Assembly: GCA_030390025.1 (NCBI GenBank)
Contig: CM059445.1
Location: forward strand, 38,626,001 to 38,690,000
DNA: 64,000 nucleotides
Source: Squalus acanthias
Taxonomy: Eukaryota
Direction: 5' to 3'
Shown: piece by piece, positions 24,701 to 37,667 of the stretch
Position numbering within the stretch: the stretch's first letter is position 1
Layout: the number at the start of each line of letters is the position of its first letter
The notes under the pieces: model-generated
What the model was told of the DNA's origin: nothing
Seen by the model: only the letters and a program-made list of their open reading frames with translations
Database searches by the model: none
Made by a program: the position numbers and the translations under genes

Positions 24701-25514
24701 AATAGTGGGCCACGGAATGTCATACAAGTACGTCAAGTTCTTGTCGACTAATTGCGAGACAATATATTCTATTAGTAATTGCACCTACCCAAGCTTTCAC
24801 TCAAAATTCGAGGCGTGAATGCTTCTAGTTCATATTTCAAGTGCAACTTTGACAATCTATTTAACTTTTTCATTCATTTTAAATCTGCATTCTAAATTTG
24901 CACGCGCGGTTGGAGGTTGTTACCGCTGTTGTTGCAAGAATATCTTCAGGGCTCATATGGATCCTGGGTCATTATAAGTGTGCCATCATTTAGAAGGCTT
25001 TTTTTACTTACAACAGAATAAATTTGAAAATAAATGAGGTCTTCTCAAAACAAAAGTGATCATGACGGAGTCGTATCTTAAAGCAAACTTTGCTCAGGCT
25101 TGCTTCAGCTGGTGGTTGGCTCTGCACTGGCCTAATCATTTTCCACAGATTATTCTTGCCAGTCACATGATCTGGACACAAGCATAAATTCAGGAGAACT
25201 TGTTATTTAGCATTTGTATGTACGTAAACTTTTCTTTACATTCCTACAGCATTGAACCACACTGAGTGGCAAAATAATAGAATGGCAGCCAGGAAGCACC
25301 AACATGGCTTATATTAGCCTCTGCCCTCTTAGTCTCTCTAGATGATTTGGCCACTTTGGCTTAGGGGCAGGTAGGTGAGTTGCTTCCATGCCTCTGGCAT
25401 TGTTCATTGGCTGATGCTGGAAGATACTTGAGAGCACACCAGCAGTAGCACTCACTCTGATTTTGAATCCCTCTTTGTTCCTTTTGCTATCTCCCTGCAG
25501 TGCTACACCTAAGA

Positions 25515-26066
25515 GCATAAGAACATAAGAAATTGGAGCAGGGGTAGGCCATTCGGCCCTTCGAGCCTGCTCTGCCATTCAATGAGATTTTAGTGTAGTC
25601 TCCCAATCTACCATGGCCAACTTGTCCCTCATACCCTTGTAGTTTCCTCTATTTAGATTGAAGACCTTAGTTTCAGATTGGACTACATCACTCTCAAACT
25701 TAATGTAAAATTCAATCATATTATGGTCACTTGTCCCTAAAGGCCCCTTTACCACAAGATTATTGATTAGCCCTTTCTCATTACACAGTATACAGAATAG
25801 CCTGTTCCCTGGTTGGTTCCTCCACATACTGATCCAGGAAACCATCTCGCATGCATTCCAAGAATTCGTCCTCCACACCATTCGTGGTAATTTGATTTGC
25901 CCAGTCAATATGTAGATTAAAGTCCCCCATGATTACCGTATTGCCCTTGTTACATGCACTTCTGATTTCTTGATTAATGCTGTGCCCTACATTACCACGA
26001 CTGTTTGGTGGCCTATACACAACTCCCACCAATGTTTTCCACTCTTTGCTGTTTCTTAGCTCCACC
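25515..26066 (-). mobile_element. Internally deleted CR1: endonuclease region fused to the extreme 3' tail
   Basis: ORFs 25781-26065 and 25579-25908 read VGVVYRPPN...VIMGDFN...IDW...FLDQYVEEPTR...PLGTSDHN (APE endonuclease). CR1 tail at 25515-25588. CACCTAAGA is repeated at 25506-25514 and 26063-26071. Confidence 0.85.
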
Positions 26067-27869
26067 TAAGACTGGGAACTCAGTGGAGTAGGGCAGAGGG
26101 GGGGAAGGAAGGAAGGAAGGAATCATGTCTGTACGTCCCCACTCTGTGACACTGTGCATTGACGTCTCGTTTGTTTTTGGGATGAAAGTAGTTTTACTTC
26201 TAAATTGCTCACGAGATAAATCAACTAAAATGCTATTGAAACGATTGCAAATGGTTGGTTTCATTGAACCGAGACAGGGTTCAAATATGAAAAATTATCC
26301 TGCTCAGAAAACGAGAGAATCGTTATGCGTTGAATGACTAATTCATTCCTCACTGCTTTGACAATGGCGGGAATGTTGCATCGATCATATCAAGGAGAAA
26401 GGAAGAGTTATTGCTTTGCTTGCAATGGTTCACAACAAATTTATATCTCAATTATCTTGCGCTGAGGTCTAGTGTCCCAGCACTGAGGTGTTAACCAAAG
26501 CAGTTTTAACGTTGGTTGGGGAAATGTCAATGAAACTGTGTATAATCTAATTAATTTCCTGTGCAGAATCCATATTAGTGGACCTCTAATCATTACAATT
26601 TAAGAGTGTTGAATTGAAAATTCCCAAAAAGCAATCACTTGAGTCTGCTCTATTATTTGGTCGCTTCGAAATCAGAGTAACTGAGCACAAGCTGACTTGC
26701 AGGTGCCCCAATGTTCCATATTCAGAGTTTATGATTTATAATAAGGACCCGTTAATAAATCATTCCCTTAAATTAAAATGCAGCCAAGTCCACAGAGGGC
26801 TTGGAATACTCCAAAGTAGATTTATAGACACACACAGAGCATTTGCTCATAATTTCAGTTGCTGAACATTAATCATTATGCATGCAATGGGAGTTCTGAT
26901 ATACCTCTATTTTCTGAAAGTGCATTGTTCAGCACACAAAGCCAGAATATGAAACCTAATTACACCAGTGAACATTGGAGAGACAGGATTAATATCACCT
27001 TAATGTGTGCCACTGACCAGCGTGCAGCAGTTATTATGATGAGGTGATTATTTCGGTAATCAAAATAAAATCAAGGTATCCACAATATTGCAGAGAAAGG
27101 GTTTCGGGCTGGAAAGCTTTCAGCATTCTAAGACTTGTTTGTTATATGCAACAAAAAAAAAGCATCCAAGTAAAGCAAACAAAAATTAAATCCTCTGTAG
27201 AGTTTTGACAAAAATATTGAAGCAGCTGGGACAGTGCACAAGTGCATGATAATATTTCAAACCACCCTTGTTCCGAAAAAATAAAATGAGTAAAAGTGCA
27301 GAATGTACCAAGGTTTCCTCCACTTTCTTTTCTCTCCTTTCCACCACCACCCCCCCCCGCCCCCACCCCCCGCTCCCGTATCTCCAGTTTCCATAAACTG
27401 AAGTCAGGGTAACGATTGATTTCTCTGTCGTGCGGTTTATTTATTTTTTTACTGCTAATTTATACGCAAGGTTCCGAGTAATCTGAAAAGGATAGTCAAG
27501 GTCACCTGTCTGTAAGTTGTACCGTTGAGAGGTTGAAGCAGAAATATGTTAATAACCATGTAGACAACCCCGGAGCAAGGAGCTGTGGGTGGGTTACTGT
27601 CCAACACATCCAGTACTGTGAATGTACTTGTAACCGGTTCAGTTATTCATTGTATTGTGTTGCAGGTGAATCGCATGCTGAATGCTAAGGGAAATGATTA
27701 ATACTAATGTAACTTATATTCTGTATGATCCCAGGCTTATATTGATATGTTGAACTGGGTGTCACATTTGTAGCAGAAGGCTTCCCCTCCATAAAGAATT
27801 TTGAAAGGCTATTCTACATTTACGTCAAATATTATCAGCACCGAAGCTGAGGCACTCTACAGGGTCAGG

Positions 27870-28200
27870 TGTACAGTGCTTTTATTATAACTGTATTGTA
27901 AGGGTGCTTTTATATTGCAGTTTGAGATTGGTAGCACTATCGAGAGGACGAGAGGGATGAGGAGGGATAGCGGACAATAGTTGCAGAGAATGTTATTTTT
28001 GATATTAGCTAAGGAGATCTCAGTGCTGTGGCAGGGCAGATTCTTGAACAGATTCAAAAAGGGAGTTTTGGGAGAGTTCAGCATGAGGTTGGGTGGCAAT
28101 GATCTGTTCAAAAACCTTGGGGAGGAAAGTAAGATTCTGTATGGAACAGCAACTAGACATCATAAAGGGTTCAGAGTGTTTTTTTTGAGGAGGAGGAGGG
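27870..28200 (-). mobile_element. Old L2 RT fragment
   Basis: Minus-strand translation resembles L2 RT (lpflskil...HSTEI.L..I.N.IL...SLL..L). Confidence 0.55.
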
Positions 28201-29412
28201 TGAGAATTCCCCCCCCCCCACCTCCCCTGCCGCCCTACCCTCCCAATTTTTTTTTTTTCCCATTTCCTCCTATGCCCTCTCTGAGCTCATCTGGTCCATA
28301 AGACCCACCCTCTGCTCCCTTGACTTCATTTCCACTAAAGTGCTGGCCACCCAACTTCACTTCCTGACTACCCTGCTAGCATTGTAAAAGAATCCCTCTT
28401 CTCAGGTACTGTCCCCTCCCTTTCAATACTGCTGCATTCACCCTCTCCACAAAAACCTACCCTCCACCCCCTCTGCCCTTGCAAACTACTGCCCCCATCT
28501 TCAACTCCCCTTTCCTCACCAGAATCTTTGAACATATTGGTACCTCCCAGAGCTGTGCTGATCTCTCCAACTATTCCCTGGTTGAATCCCTCCACTTAGG
28601 TTTACACACCTCCTCTGAAGTTCTGAAATGGCCTTAACCAAAATCATCAATGATATACTCTGTGATTATGACCATGTCACTTTCACATTCTCCTTAACCT
28701 CTCTGCAGCCTTTGATACAATTGACCACACCATCCTTTCTTCTGTTACCCAGCTCGGTGGAACCTCCCTTGCAAGATTCCACTTTAACTTTCTGATCATA
28801 ACCAGAGCATCTCGACCAATGGCTTCTTTTCCCACCCTTGCATTGTCGTGTCGGGAGTCCAGCAAATGATCCATCCTTCGCCCTCTCCTCTTCCTCAGCT
28901 ACACGTAGCCCCTTGGTGAAAAAGACATAGGGGGAGAAATTCAGTTGGTTAGCGCCTCCCGTTAGTGCCTGGCGGGGGCGCTAATGAAGTAGCGCTGGGG
29001 CGAGGCGAATCCAGCGCTGCACGTCAAATCTAGTCGCCCCTTAGCGCCGCCGCTAACAGTTAGCACGTGGGGCTTTAGCGCCAGGCAGATCGTGACGTCA
29101 GTGAGCATGCAATGCTCACTGAGCGCCCGATCTGCCAAATTGATCATCACCCCCTGCCTTAGCGCCTCACCCCGACAACGACAGGGAGAGGAGGCATGAA
29201 GCAGGCAGATGGTGGCTCCAGGGGCGATATTTAAAGGGATCAGTCGCAGCTGTCAGGTTAGTGCTGTTTCACTGCTTCCTTGTCAGTTTGCGATTGTGCA
29301 AGAGTTTAATTCAGTCATTTAAAGGTTCTTTAGTATCAGGAGTGTTGTGGCTACTAAAAATTAGTTATATTTATTCTGACAAAATTTCAAAGTACAACAC
29401 ATCATTACATTA

Positions 29413-30582
29413 ATGGGGGCTGTACTGGCAGTCGACCTCGCCCTCCAGGATCTACTGCGGAGGGAGCAGAGAAAGATTGCAAGATGTGGCCAGAGGGAGG
29501 AGGAGGGCCATCAGGGCTCTCAACAGGAGTCCTTACCCTCCGAGGGAATTCCGAGAGCACTTCTCCTATCGCTAATTAAGCAAGGAGCAGCGCATTACAA
29601 GGCTCCGCTTCAGCAAGGATGTGGTCACCGAACTCTGCCCACCTCCTGCAACCAGACCTCCAGCCTCAGATCAGCTCGACCACGGCTCTCTCAGTGGCAG
29701 TCAAGGTCACTGTCGCCCTCAATTTCTTCGCCAGCGGTTCCTTCCAGTCTGCAACAGGAGATATAGTGAACATCTCACAGTTCGCCGTCCATCGCTGCAT
29801 CCTGGAAGTCACAGAGGCTCTCTACAGTAGAAGAAGGGATTACATTTCCTTCCCCATCACCAGAGAGAAGCACGGCCAGACGTGCATGTGGCTTTGCCAG
29901 GATAGCGGGCTTCCCCGTGGTGCAGGGCTACATTGACTGCACCAACTTAGCTTTGCAGGCACCGCATAACAATCCTGAGGTCTTCTGTAACTGCAAAGGC
30001 TACCACTCACTTAATGTGCAGTTGGTGTGCGACCACAGACAGCGAATCCTCAGTATGAATGCCCGCTATCCTGGCAGCAGCCTCGTTGCCTTCATCCTGC
30101 ACCAGACCAGTGTGCCAGCACTCTTCCAGCCACTACATCAAGCTCACGGCTGGCTGATCGTAGATAAGGGCTATCCGCTCTCCACCTGGCTCATGACTCC
30201 CCTCCCCAACCCCAACACTCCTGCCCAGCACTCATATAATGAGAGCCATGCTGCCACCAGGAAAATCATCGAGCAGACCATCAGGGTGCTCAAGCACCAG
30301 TTCAGCTGCCTTGACCACTTGGGAGGAGCCCTCCAGTACTCGGCTGAGCAGGTGTCCCATTTCGTCATGGTCCGCTGAATGCTCCACAACTTGGCCATCA
30401 TGAGGGCCCAGCCCTTGCCACCAGGGATTGTGGGACCACCTCAGGAGAAGGAAGAGGAAGACAAGGAGGCGGAGGAGGATGAGGAGGAACAAGAGCGAGG
30501 GAGGAGGCAGCCACTGAATCGGTGCTCACCACATCCCCATCATTCCATCCCTGTCGCAGGCCATATCACAGCGCAAAGCTGA
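29413..30582 (+). pseudogene. Harbinger DDE transposase (HARBI1-family), frameshifted
   Basis: Motifs KVTVALNFFASGSFQ..TGD..NISQ, VQGYIDCT, KGYHSLNVQLVCD, ARYPGS, DKGYP..WLMTP, YNESH..TR.IIEQ and LHN are spread over several frames, with a stop at 30376-30378. The expected GSxHD reads GSSLV. Confidence 0.92.
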
Positions 30583-30666
30583 AATGAGAGACACCACAAA
30601 ATCATCCAAAGCCAATTAATAATTTATTCATAATCAGTGAACACATATTCACAACAACAATATTAA

Positions 30667-32438
30667 CTATTCACCCTTGTGCAATCCTTTAGTGCCTCTC
30701 GTTACTGTGCCTTTGCCTACTCTAGTGCTCCTACGAAGTGTTGGCCCAGTGGCTGCAGCAGGGCTGGTGGAAGGCTGCTGAGTGTCTGTGCAGGAGACTT
30801 CAGATGGCCTTGCAGGACGCCCTCGACCAGCTCTGGGTCTGGAAGGCCCGGCTGCAGACTGCACCCCCTCAGCATGGGCGGCAGCAGTCTGGGCTGGCTG
30901 GATGACAGGCAGCGACAAAGGACAATGGCGAAGTGCCAGTGGTGGGAGCAGGAATGCTGTCATCCAATTGGCATCACTACCAGTCTGCTGGAGCACAGAT
31001 TGCTGGCCTGCTGCGACACCATGAAAGTCCCGGTGGACGGTCATCGACCCAGCCTATGATGGCAGCAGTCAGAGCTTGCGTGGCATCAAGCTGAGACTGC
31101 ATGAGAGCAGTCTGAGAATCAATGGCACCAAGCATAGACTGCATTACAGCACTAAGACATTGCGTGGCTTCCACCTGTGCTGCAATGGAAGCTTCGACAT
31201 CGCCCATCACACGCAGCATCAGGTCTGGGTCGCCACGGTCTCTCTGGGAGTCCACCATCCTTTGCAGACTGGAAATGGTGGGCTCCATGGTGTGCGCAGA
31301 GCTCTGTGCAATGTTGGAGACGGACTCCTCCACGCTCCTTACCATTATGGACAGGCTCTCAGGCACCCTTGCCATTGCACATATCATCTTTGTGTGCATG
31401 CCCATCACCCTTCTTCTAAAGGCCTCCCCATCGAGGTCCTCATCTGAGTCTTGTGCAGCAGAACCCGCGCGTGAACTCGCCCTCCGGGGAGCTGGCCTCC
31501 GAGCTACCCTTTCCCCCTGGCCTTGCTGCAGCCCACTCATCCCCAGTGCCTCACCCTGTGTAAAGAACGCGTAGTGTCAGTATCTGAGGTAGTGCCTGCG
31601 GGTGAGACATGCAGTGACGCGGTGTGTTCTTCCTTCTCCTCTTCTTCTGCCTCGCTGTCTATGGTGCCCTCAGGGACAGGGTGCTCAACTGTTTGCTCAT
31701 TATCTGAAAGTATAAAGGCACAAGTGTCGGGTTAAGGTGAGGGGAGGGGGACAGGAAGGGAGAAAGGCCACAAAGTGGGAAAGGCTTGTGAAGTGAGGAG
31801 GAAGTGGGATGTGAGAAGGAGTAGGGATGAACATCCCGTTGTTGTCCCCAAGGGGGTCAACGTCTCCGGTGGCCACGGCACCCAATGATTTGCAGCACTC
31901 TTTCCTCCAGCTCAGACAGTGGTTGGGTGTCAGGTTGTCCCCCGCCTGTGCGCTCCTGCTCCCTCCTGTTGTGAGCGACCTTGGCCTGCAAGAGAAAGGA
32001 AAGTGTGTGAGTGAGTGTGGAGCAATGTTTTTGGGAGATGTGAATGCCATAGTTGAATAGCTGTCATTGTTTGCAAGGTGTGAGATGTGGGTGTGAGTGT
32101 TGGTGGGTGAGTGCTGGGGGTGTGGTGCTTTGGCCAGTGTGTGCAGACTGTGGTTCAGATGGTGGTATGTAGCATTTGTTGAAGCCTTGACTCACCCTGA
32201 CCACCCGAGTGAGGTTGTTAAATTTCTTCCTGCACTGTGTGTGGGTCCTGGGGACCACAGTGCTGCCCGAGACCTGCTGGGCTACCTCCCTCCACATGGT
32301 GCAGAAGACTTGTGGCGAGGGCCTCCTGCCACTCGCCGGGTAGAGCACCGCCCTCCGTCTCTCCACAGCGAGGACCAAGGCCTCCAATGCTTGGTCGCAG
32401 AATCTGCGAGCTTTCTCCCTGGGCCGTTGATCTGCCAT
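30667..32438 (-). pseudogene. Harbinger Myb/SANT-like DNA-binding protein, three predicted exons
   Basis: Exon 1 at 32438-32196 (ARRF.D.ALEALV..V..RR.VLY...W.EVA..V......RT..QCRKKFNNL) ends at a GTGAGT donor. Exon 2 starts at 31985 (AKVAHNRREQERTGGG.P....LSELEERVLQIIG). Exon 3 starts at 31703. Frameshifts occur downstream. Confidence 0.88.
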
Positions 32439-32845
32439 AATGACACCTCCTTTAGTGGTCCGGTTCCTTCTCCTTGGCCTTCTGCTGCTTGCTGAGACAG
32501 CTGCAGAACCAGCAATGCGGAGAATGAGGTTCTGCAGCATGATTGAACCTCCCCTTTAAGAACTGGAAAGACCCTGTGGCAATGATGACCAGCGATTAGA
32601 CTGCACATGCAGCGAGATTCATTAGCGTCTGGCGCTAAATCTCAAACTTTTCAGAAGTTAGCGCCCATTGCTGGGCTACAATGAATTTCTTCCCCATAGG
32701 ATCAGCTTTCACATGTATGCTGATGACACCTGGTTCTACCTCTCCACCACCTTTCATGACCCCACCACCCCCTTTGCTTGTCTGCACCCAGTTTTCAACC
32801 AACAACAATTTCACCCCACTAAATATTTGGAAGAACAAAGACATT

Positions 32846-34206
32846 GGCTGGAATTTTCCTTACCTTGGCGGGTCTGGTGCGGCCAGGTGTCTGTGGCGGG
32901 TCCCGACCCCGCTGCTGGCTCCATCCCGCTGTACAGAATGAATTTACCTTAGTGGGGCCTATTAAGCCCGCCCAGCGCGTTACCCAGCCCAATTAGATTG
33001 AGCAGGTCTGGTGACGTCATTCATAACACGTTTTAAGCCGGGATCCTTAAAGGGACCCTGGCCACATAATATTTTAAGTTTAATCTAACATGGTGGGTGT
33101 TGAATCTTTACTGTACAATCATATAATAAAAGTTATATATGAGTGGCAAAGAAATATTTAAATAAAATTATTAAGTAATATGACTCCATCTACAAAGACG
33201 ATCAAGAACATAATTAAAAAAGTACATTAATTGTGGAAGTTATTGGTGCTTTAGTCACAAATCTATAGACTTTTGTAACAGTAACTGGTACAAATAAATG
33301 ATGTGTGTGTATAGGTAATACATAAAATTAAGCAGATTCTAAATGTCATTGTAACGGGGTGGATTTACAATCTTATGCAAGTTCAGCGGAACAGCTGCGG
33401 AATCCCTGACAAACAGTGTAAGTGGTGCTTATGTGTTTCTGGGATTTCTGCAGCTCTTCCGTTGAAGTTAACAATGGACAAGTGAAAGAACCTCCGCAGA
33501 AATTCACCCTAAAATCTCAGATTGAAAAATTAAATTAGTCATATTCAGGGACTGAAAGCAAATTGAACCAGTGGAATAAGTGACGCGAATAAAATTGTTG
33601 TGGTTGATGACTTGATTTAATATGTAACTGGACAATCACAGTATACTGTGAGAAAAAGCCTGACCAGAAACAATACAAATTTATTTAAATGGTATATGTC
33701 ATTTTTTATAGTGCAGATCAATTCACTGCAATTACTGTTGAGTTGGAAGGCAACAGCCGAGAATGGCCAGTGAAAAATTAACATTTACGAGTAGCTTTTC
33801 AAGTAGAACAGAATCTCCACCAATCTGTTAGCTGATGTAATCAATATGTTTTTATTTTGGTTTGTTTTCCATGCAGTCAAATAATCAGCTGGAGCAATGG
33901 CCATGGAACTCCTGCCTCAGGTTGACAGACGTGGTTCCCGAGCTGTGTGAATCCTGTGGCCCTGCAGGGAAATTTAAAAAGTAGGGGGGAAAAGGTTCTT
34001 AAGTGCCTGTAAAGTACCTCCTAATTATTTCAATTGGGTGCCTCGCCACTGCAGGTCAGATCGGCTCCAAGCTGACAGACTTGCCCGTGTGAAAGGCGGG
34101 TGGGAGTGAGTTGACAGCAGGTTCCTGACCTGCTGTCAAAAAAAATCAACTTTCCCACCCGACCCGCCACCGATCGCGCCCGCTACCACCACGGAAAATT
34201 CAGCCC
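32846..34206 (+). mobile_element. Non-autonomous Harbinger element, family E copy 1 (1361 bp) with AT-rich interior
   Basis: TIRs GGCTGGAATTTTCC and GGGCTGAATTTTCC (rc). ATT TSD at 32843-32845 and 34207-34209. A second copy starts at about 62661. Confidence 0.9.
33356..33510. mobile_element. Mini-MITE nested in family E (also at 63107-63264)
   Basis: GGGGTGGATTT...AAATTCACCCT ends, with flanks AAC/AAA here and AAA/AAA in copy 2. Confidence 0.65.
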
Positions 34207-37200
34207 ATTGTCTTCAGACCCCATCACAAATTCCATACCCTCGCCACCAACTCCATCTCCTCCCTGGCTACTATCTCAGGCTCAACCTTGGTATTCTGCT
34301 TAACACCAAGGTAGCTTCCAACCCCAGGTGTTCTCCTTTAACAAGAGTGCCTACTTCCACATCGATAACATTGCCTGCCTCCATCCCCAACTCAGCAGAT
34401 CTGCTGCTGAAACCTTCAACAATGCCTTTGTCACCTCCAGACTCAATTATTCCAGTGCTCATCTGGCCCGCTTTCCATCCTTCATATCCCTGAACATCAG
34501 CTCATTTAAAAGTCCGTATTCTATCCCGCACCAAATTCCATTCACCCAGCACCCTGTCCTATATTGGCTGCTAGTCCCTAAAGGCCTCAAATACTGCCCC
34601 ACCCCCACCCCCCCAACCCACACTCTCTGTTCTTTTGACTCCAGCCTCGTATGTATCCCCCCTCCCTACGCCTCACCATTGATATTTACCACTTTGGCTC
34701 AGTGACCATATTTTTGCTTCCACTTCTGTGAAGGACTTTGGGACATTTTATTTATGCTGTAGGCACCATAACAATGCAAGTTGTTGGCGAGGCTTTCTTG
34801 TAAAGATCAGGATTAAGAATAATAGTTATGTTTGGTTGAAGGGTGATAGACAAATCGTGCTTGATTCAAACTGATTTCATCTCCAGACGTCTGCGTTCTA
34901 CCTGTCTAACAACTCCAGTGACGCTAGCATCTACAAACACATTCTTCGCTACCTTCACAGAAATCTTCGGTCTGAATTTCTCCCTGTGCGTGTATGTTCC
35001 CCCTCAATGTGGGTGGCATTCATGTGGTGTTCTACACGGCAGATTGACATTGGCATAATGAAGCTTGCAGAAGATTGACAGGCCTACGCTTACAGATTAA
35101 GAACGAACATAAATCTGTAATTTATAAACAATAGGCAGTATCTGTCACATCACCAAGAGCTGGAAATGACGATGTGCATTGAGAATATGCAGGAGATGTT
35201 GTTAAGTGAAGGAAAATAATAAGACTGCGTTGAACCTTAATCCTGTGCTGAGGAGGTCTGGAAAAACAACCCAACCAAGTTATTTAGTTTCCAAATAGAT
35301 TTGTTGTTGCAGTGAAGCATTATGTCAGGTATAAAATTAGAATAACATTAATACTAATAGTCAGCAGCAATACTCACCAGAGTAATCCTTACAGTGACTA
35401 ATACCTGCATAATATTGCCTTCATTAACTCTTGTGGACTGTTAATACTTAATGAGCTTTCCTTCTGATCCCTGTGGGTTTCACTGGGAGTTGGTTTAAGG
35501 CAGTCAGTAATGAGTTCCAAATGTATCTTTATCTTGTACTGTATTTGTAGTGGAGCCATTAAATCGTTTAATGGATAGTCAATTAGGGCAGAATTGGCAG
35601 AATGTAGAGTTTGTGTCCATATTTATTGCTTACTAAACTTCACGGCATTGATTGTGAAATATTGCAAACATGTCTGAATGCGTATAAACTTGGATATCTT
35701 TACAGCGCGTTAAATAAATTTTGTGCATTACATGAGAAGAATCGGTGATTCCGAAGAATTTGAGCAGGTGAGTCCAGCTTTAAGCTTCGCTGATTGAGCT
35801 GCCATCATCAATTCCATTTTGTGTTGAGCAAATGCATCACTTGAGCCAGGATATGTTGGACAAAATAAATGCCTGCTTCCAGCAGCCTGAACAGGCTGTC
35901 TGCAGACCATTCCCAGCTTGTGCGCTGGTTATAGTTGAACTTAACCCAATTGTAACCTGAGCAGGGGGTCAAAAGAATTAGTCAATTAATTGGCTGCTCT
36001 CAGCTGCCATGCCTTCAGTGTCCTCGGGTGTTTTTTTTACAGCAATCTCAGTTTGTTATTTCACTCTGAAATATTCTCAAAAGACGACATTATAACTGTC
36101 TTTGTAAACATGAAAGATGTTCAGTGGTTCACAATAGAATTGCATTTTTGTCCATTGAATGAGGAAGGCTGTAGTGATAAATATAAAAATCGAGTTCCTC
36201 TTTGTGACTTCTATTTGATTCATTACTTAAATTGAAAAATAGTTGACTTATTTAAAAAATACTTTTCGCATGTCGGCCGTTTTAATAGACCTCTCTTCAG
36301 ATCTGTTCGGCTGCATACTTGACATCCCCCCAAGTGGAGATTTAGGTTGAACAATGTTATGATAAGATAATTGTACTCTTGGTCACGGAGCCAATGAGAC
36401 CTTAAGCTCTGTAACTGAATTGTACTTCAAACATATAAACCTTAGAATCATTTTGAAATGCAGTGGAGATGATGTAAATATTGACATTACTATCAATACA
36501 GTCAACCGCAGTGCATGGTTTTCAGTGCAGAAATCATTTTTAATAAAAGAATTTGCATTTTTCTACTATGGATCAGTCATGGAGCTAAAAATTCTCGCTT
36601 GCTTTAAGACCACCAATTCAACTTTCTTAGCTTTGATGAGGGAAGGTGACAGCTGACATCACTTAACCTCAATCCCTCTTTAAAAGGCTTTTGAATATGG
36701 TGGTTAAAGGACGATTAGAGTCTATTTCCAACAACCCAGCCTCTCGTCGATGCACTTGCTAAGAATAATTCTCATTAATTCTATGATTAGTTGGAGAATA
36801 AAAAACAATCATAGGATTAAATCTGTACAATTAGTATAATGCATATAAATTGAATTGTCAAGAGTGTCAAAAACACACAGTTAAACCAGTGAACTCTGCG
36901 CCAGACTTTATATCTAAAGGATATTATGGCAGCATATTTGACTACCCAGTGGTAAAATGCAAATAAAGTGACAAAAACACATGAGCTGGATATGAGCATG
37001 ATCATCCCTGTTGGTCAGATAATATTCAGCACCATATGAAACTGGTTTAAGGGTTGTGAAGCAGAAGACCTTTCAGGCTTCTCTTACACATACCACTTCC
37101 TCCTTTCCTATTATCAGACTAGGCCTTGCCCTCAACACCATCCAATTCTCCTCGGTTGAAAATATTGGGCAATCAAGCATATAGACGTATCTCTGAATGT

Positions 37201-37289
37201 TTTTGATGCCAGTCCCTGGTCACTTGGTCTACCATCAGTGAAGAGGTGTCACCTGGTCTCTAATAAAGCTCCTGTCCGAATATGAAGAA

Positions 37290-37500
37290 CGAAAAAGAAC
37301 TAGCATTTGCATAATGCCTTCAAATCCTCAAAGCCAATACCCATTGCTTTGAAGTGCAGTCACTCTTGTTATGTAGGCTAACGTGACAAGAATATTGTCC
37401 AGGACAACTGCCCTTTTTTGAACTGTGCCATGTAGTCTCTTAGGGCACTTAAACAGGCAGACAGCGTCTCGGCTTAATATCTCTTTCCAAAATCAGAAGT
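37290..37500 (-). mobile_element. Degenerate Deu-core SINE fragment
   Basis: Reverse complement resembles the core and tail of the SINE at 16570-16900. Confidence 0.55.
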
Positions 37501-37667
37501 GTCATATTTCATTTCTGGCATACGTGGGTCAGGCGGTGGGCGGGGCATCTGCTCTGCCCACCTGATGACATCGGCGGGAGGCGCGATTGATTTTTGTGAT
37601 GTAGGCAGCTTGCCATTTGGGAGAGTGGGAAATCCGGCAGTGCAGAGACTGAAGTGGGTGTGCAGCA

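Larger units (their letters stand above)
28930..32695 (+). mobile_element. Full-length two-gene PIF/Harbinger DNA transposon (3766 bp), decayed
   Basis: TIRs GGGGGAGAAATTCA and GGGGAAGAAATTCA (rc). ATA TSD at 28927-28929 and 32696-32698. Transposase and Myb/SANT genes are convergent, and the host L2 rejoins across the element. Confidence 0.95.
28290..34785 (+). mobile_element. L2 LINE RT fragment interrupted by two Harbinger insertions (pieces 28290-28926, 32699-32842, 34210-34785)
   Basis: LLNLSAAFDTIDH near 28690, then ..PLG..|..SFHMYADDT across the first insertion and K.IVF..HHK across the second. ORF 34328-34705 has SAYFH..NIA.L.P.LS.SAAE...AFVTSRLNYSS. Confidence 0.85.

Noticed and set aside
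25250-25380. Exon-like segment between ttcctacag and caggtaggtgagt
   Set aside because: No convincing reading frame or recognisable peptide, and splice-like words of this kind arise by chance.
29413-30582. Domesticated host HARBI1 gene (and NAIF1/MSANTD for the Myb ORF)
   Set aside because: The ORFs are broken and enclosed by TIRs and a TSD within an L2 element, so they are transposon genes.
32846-33745. Segmental duplication with 62661-64000
   Set aside because: Similarity starts exactly at a TIR, and copy 1 has both TIRs plus an ATT TSD inside an L2 that rejoins. Transposition explains it.
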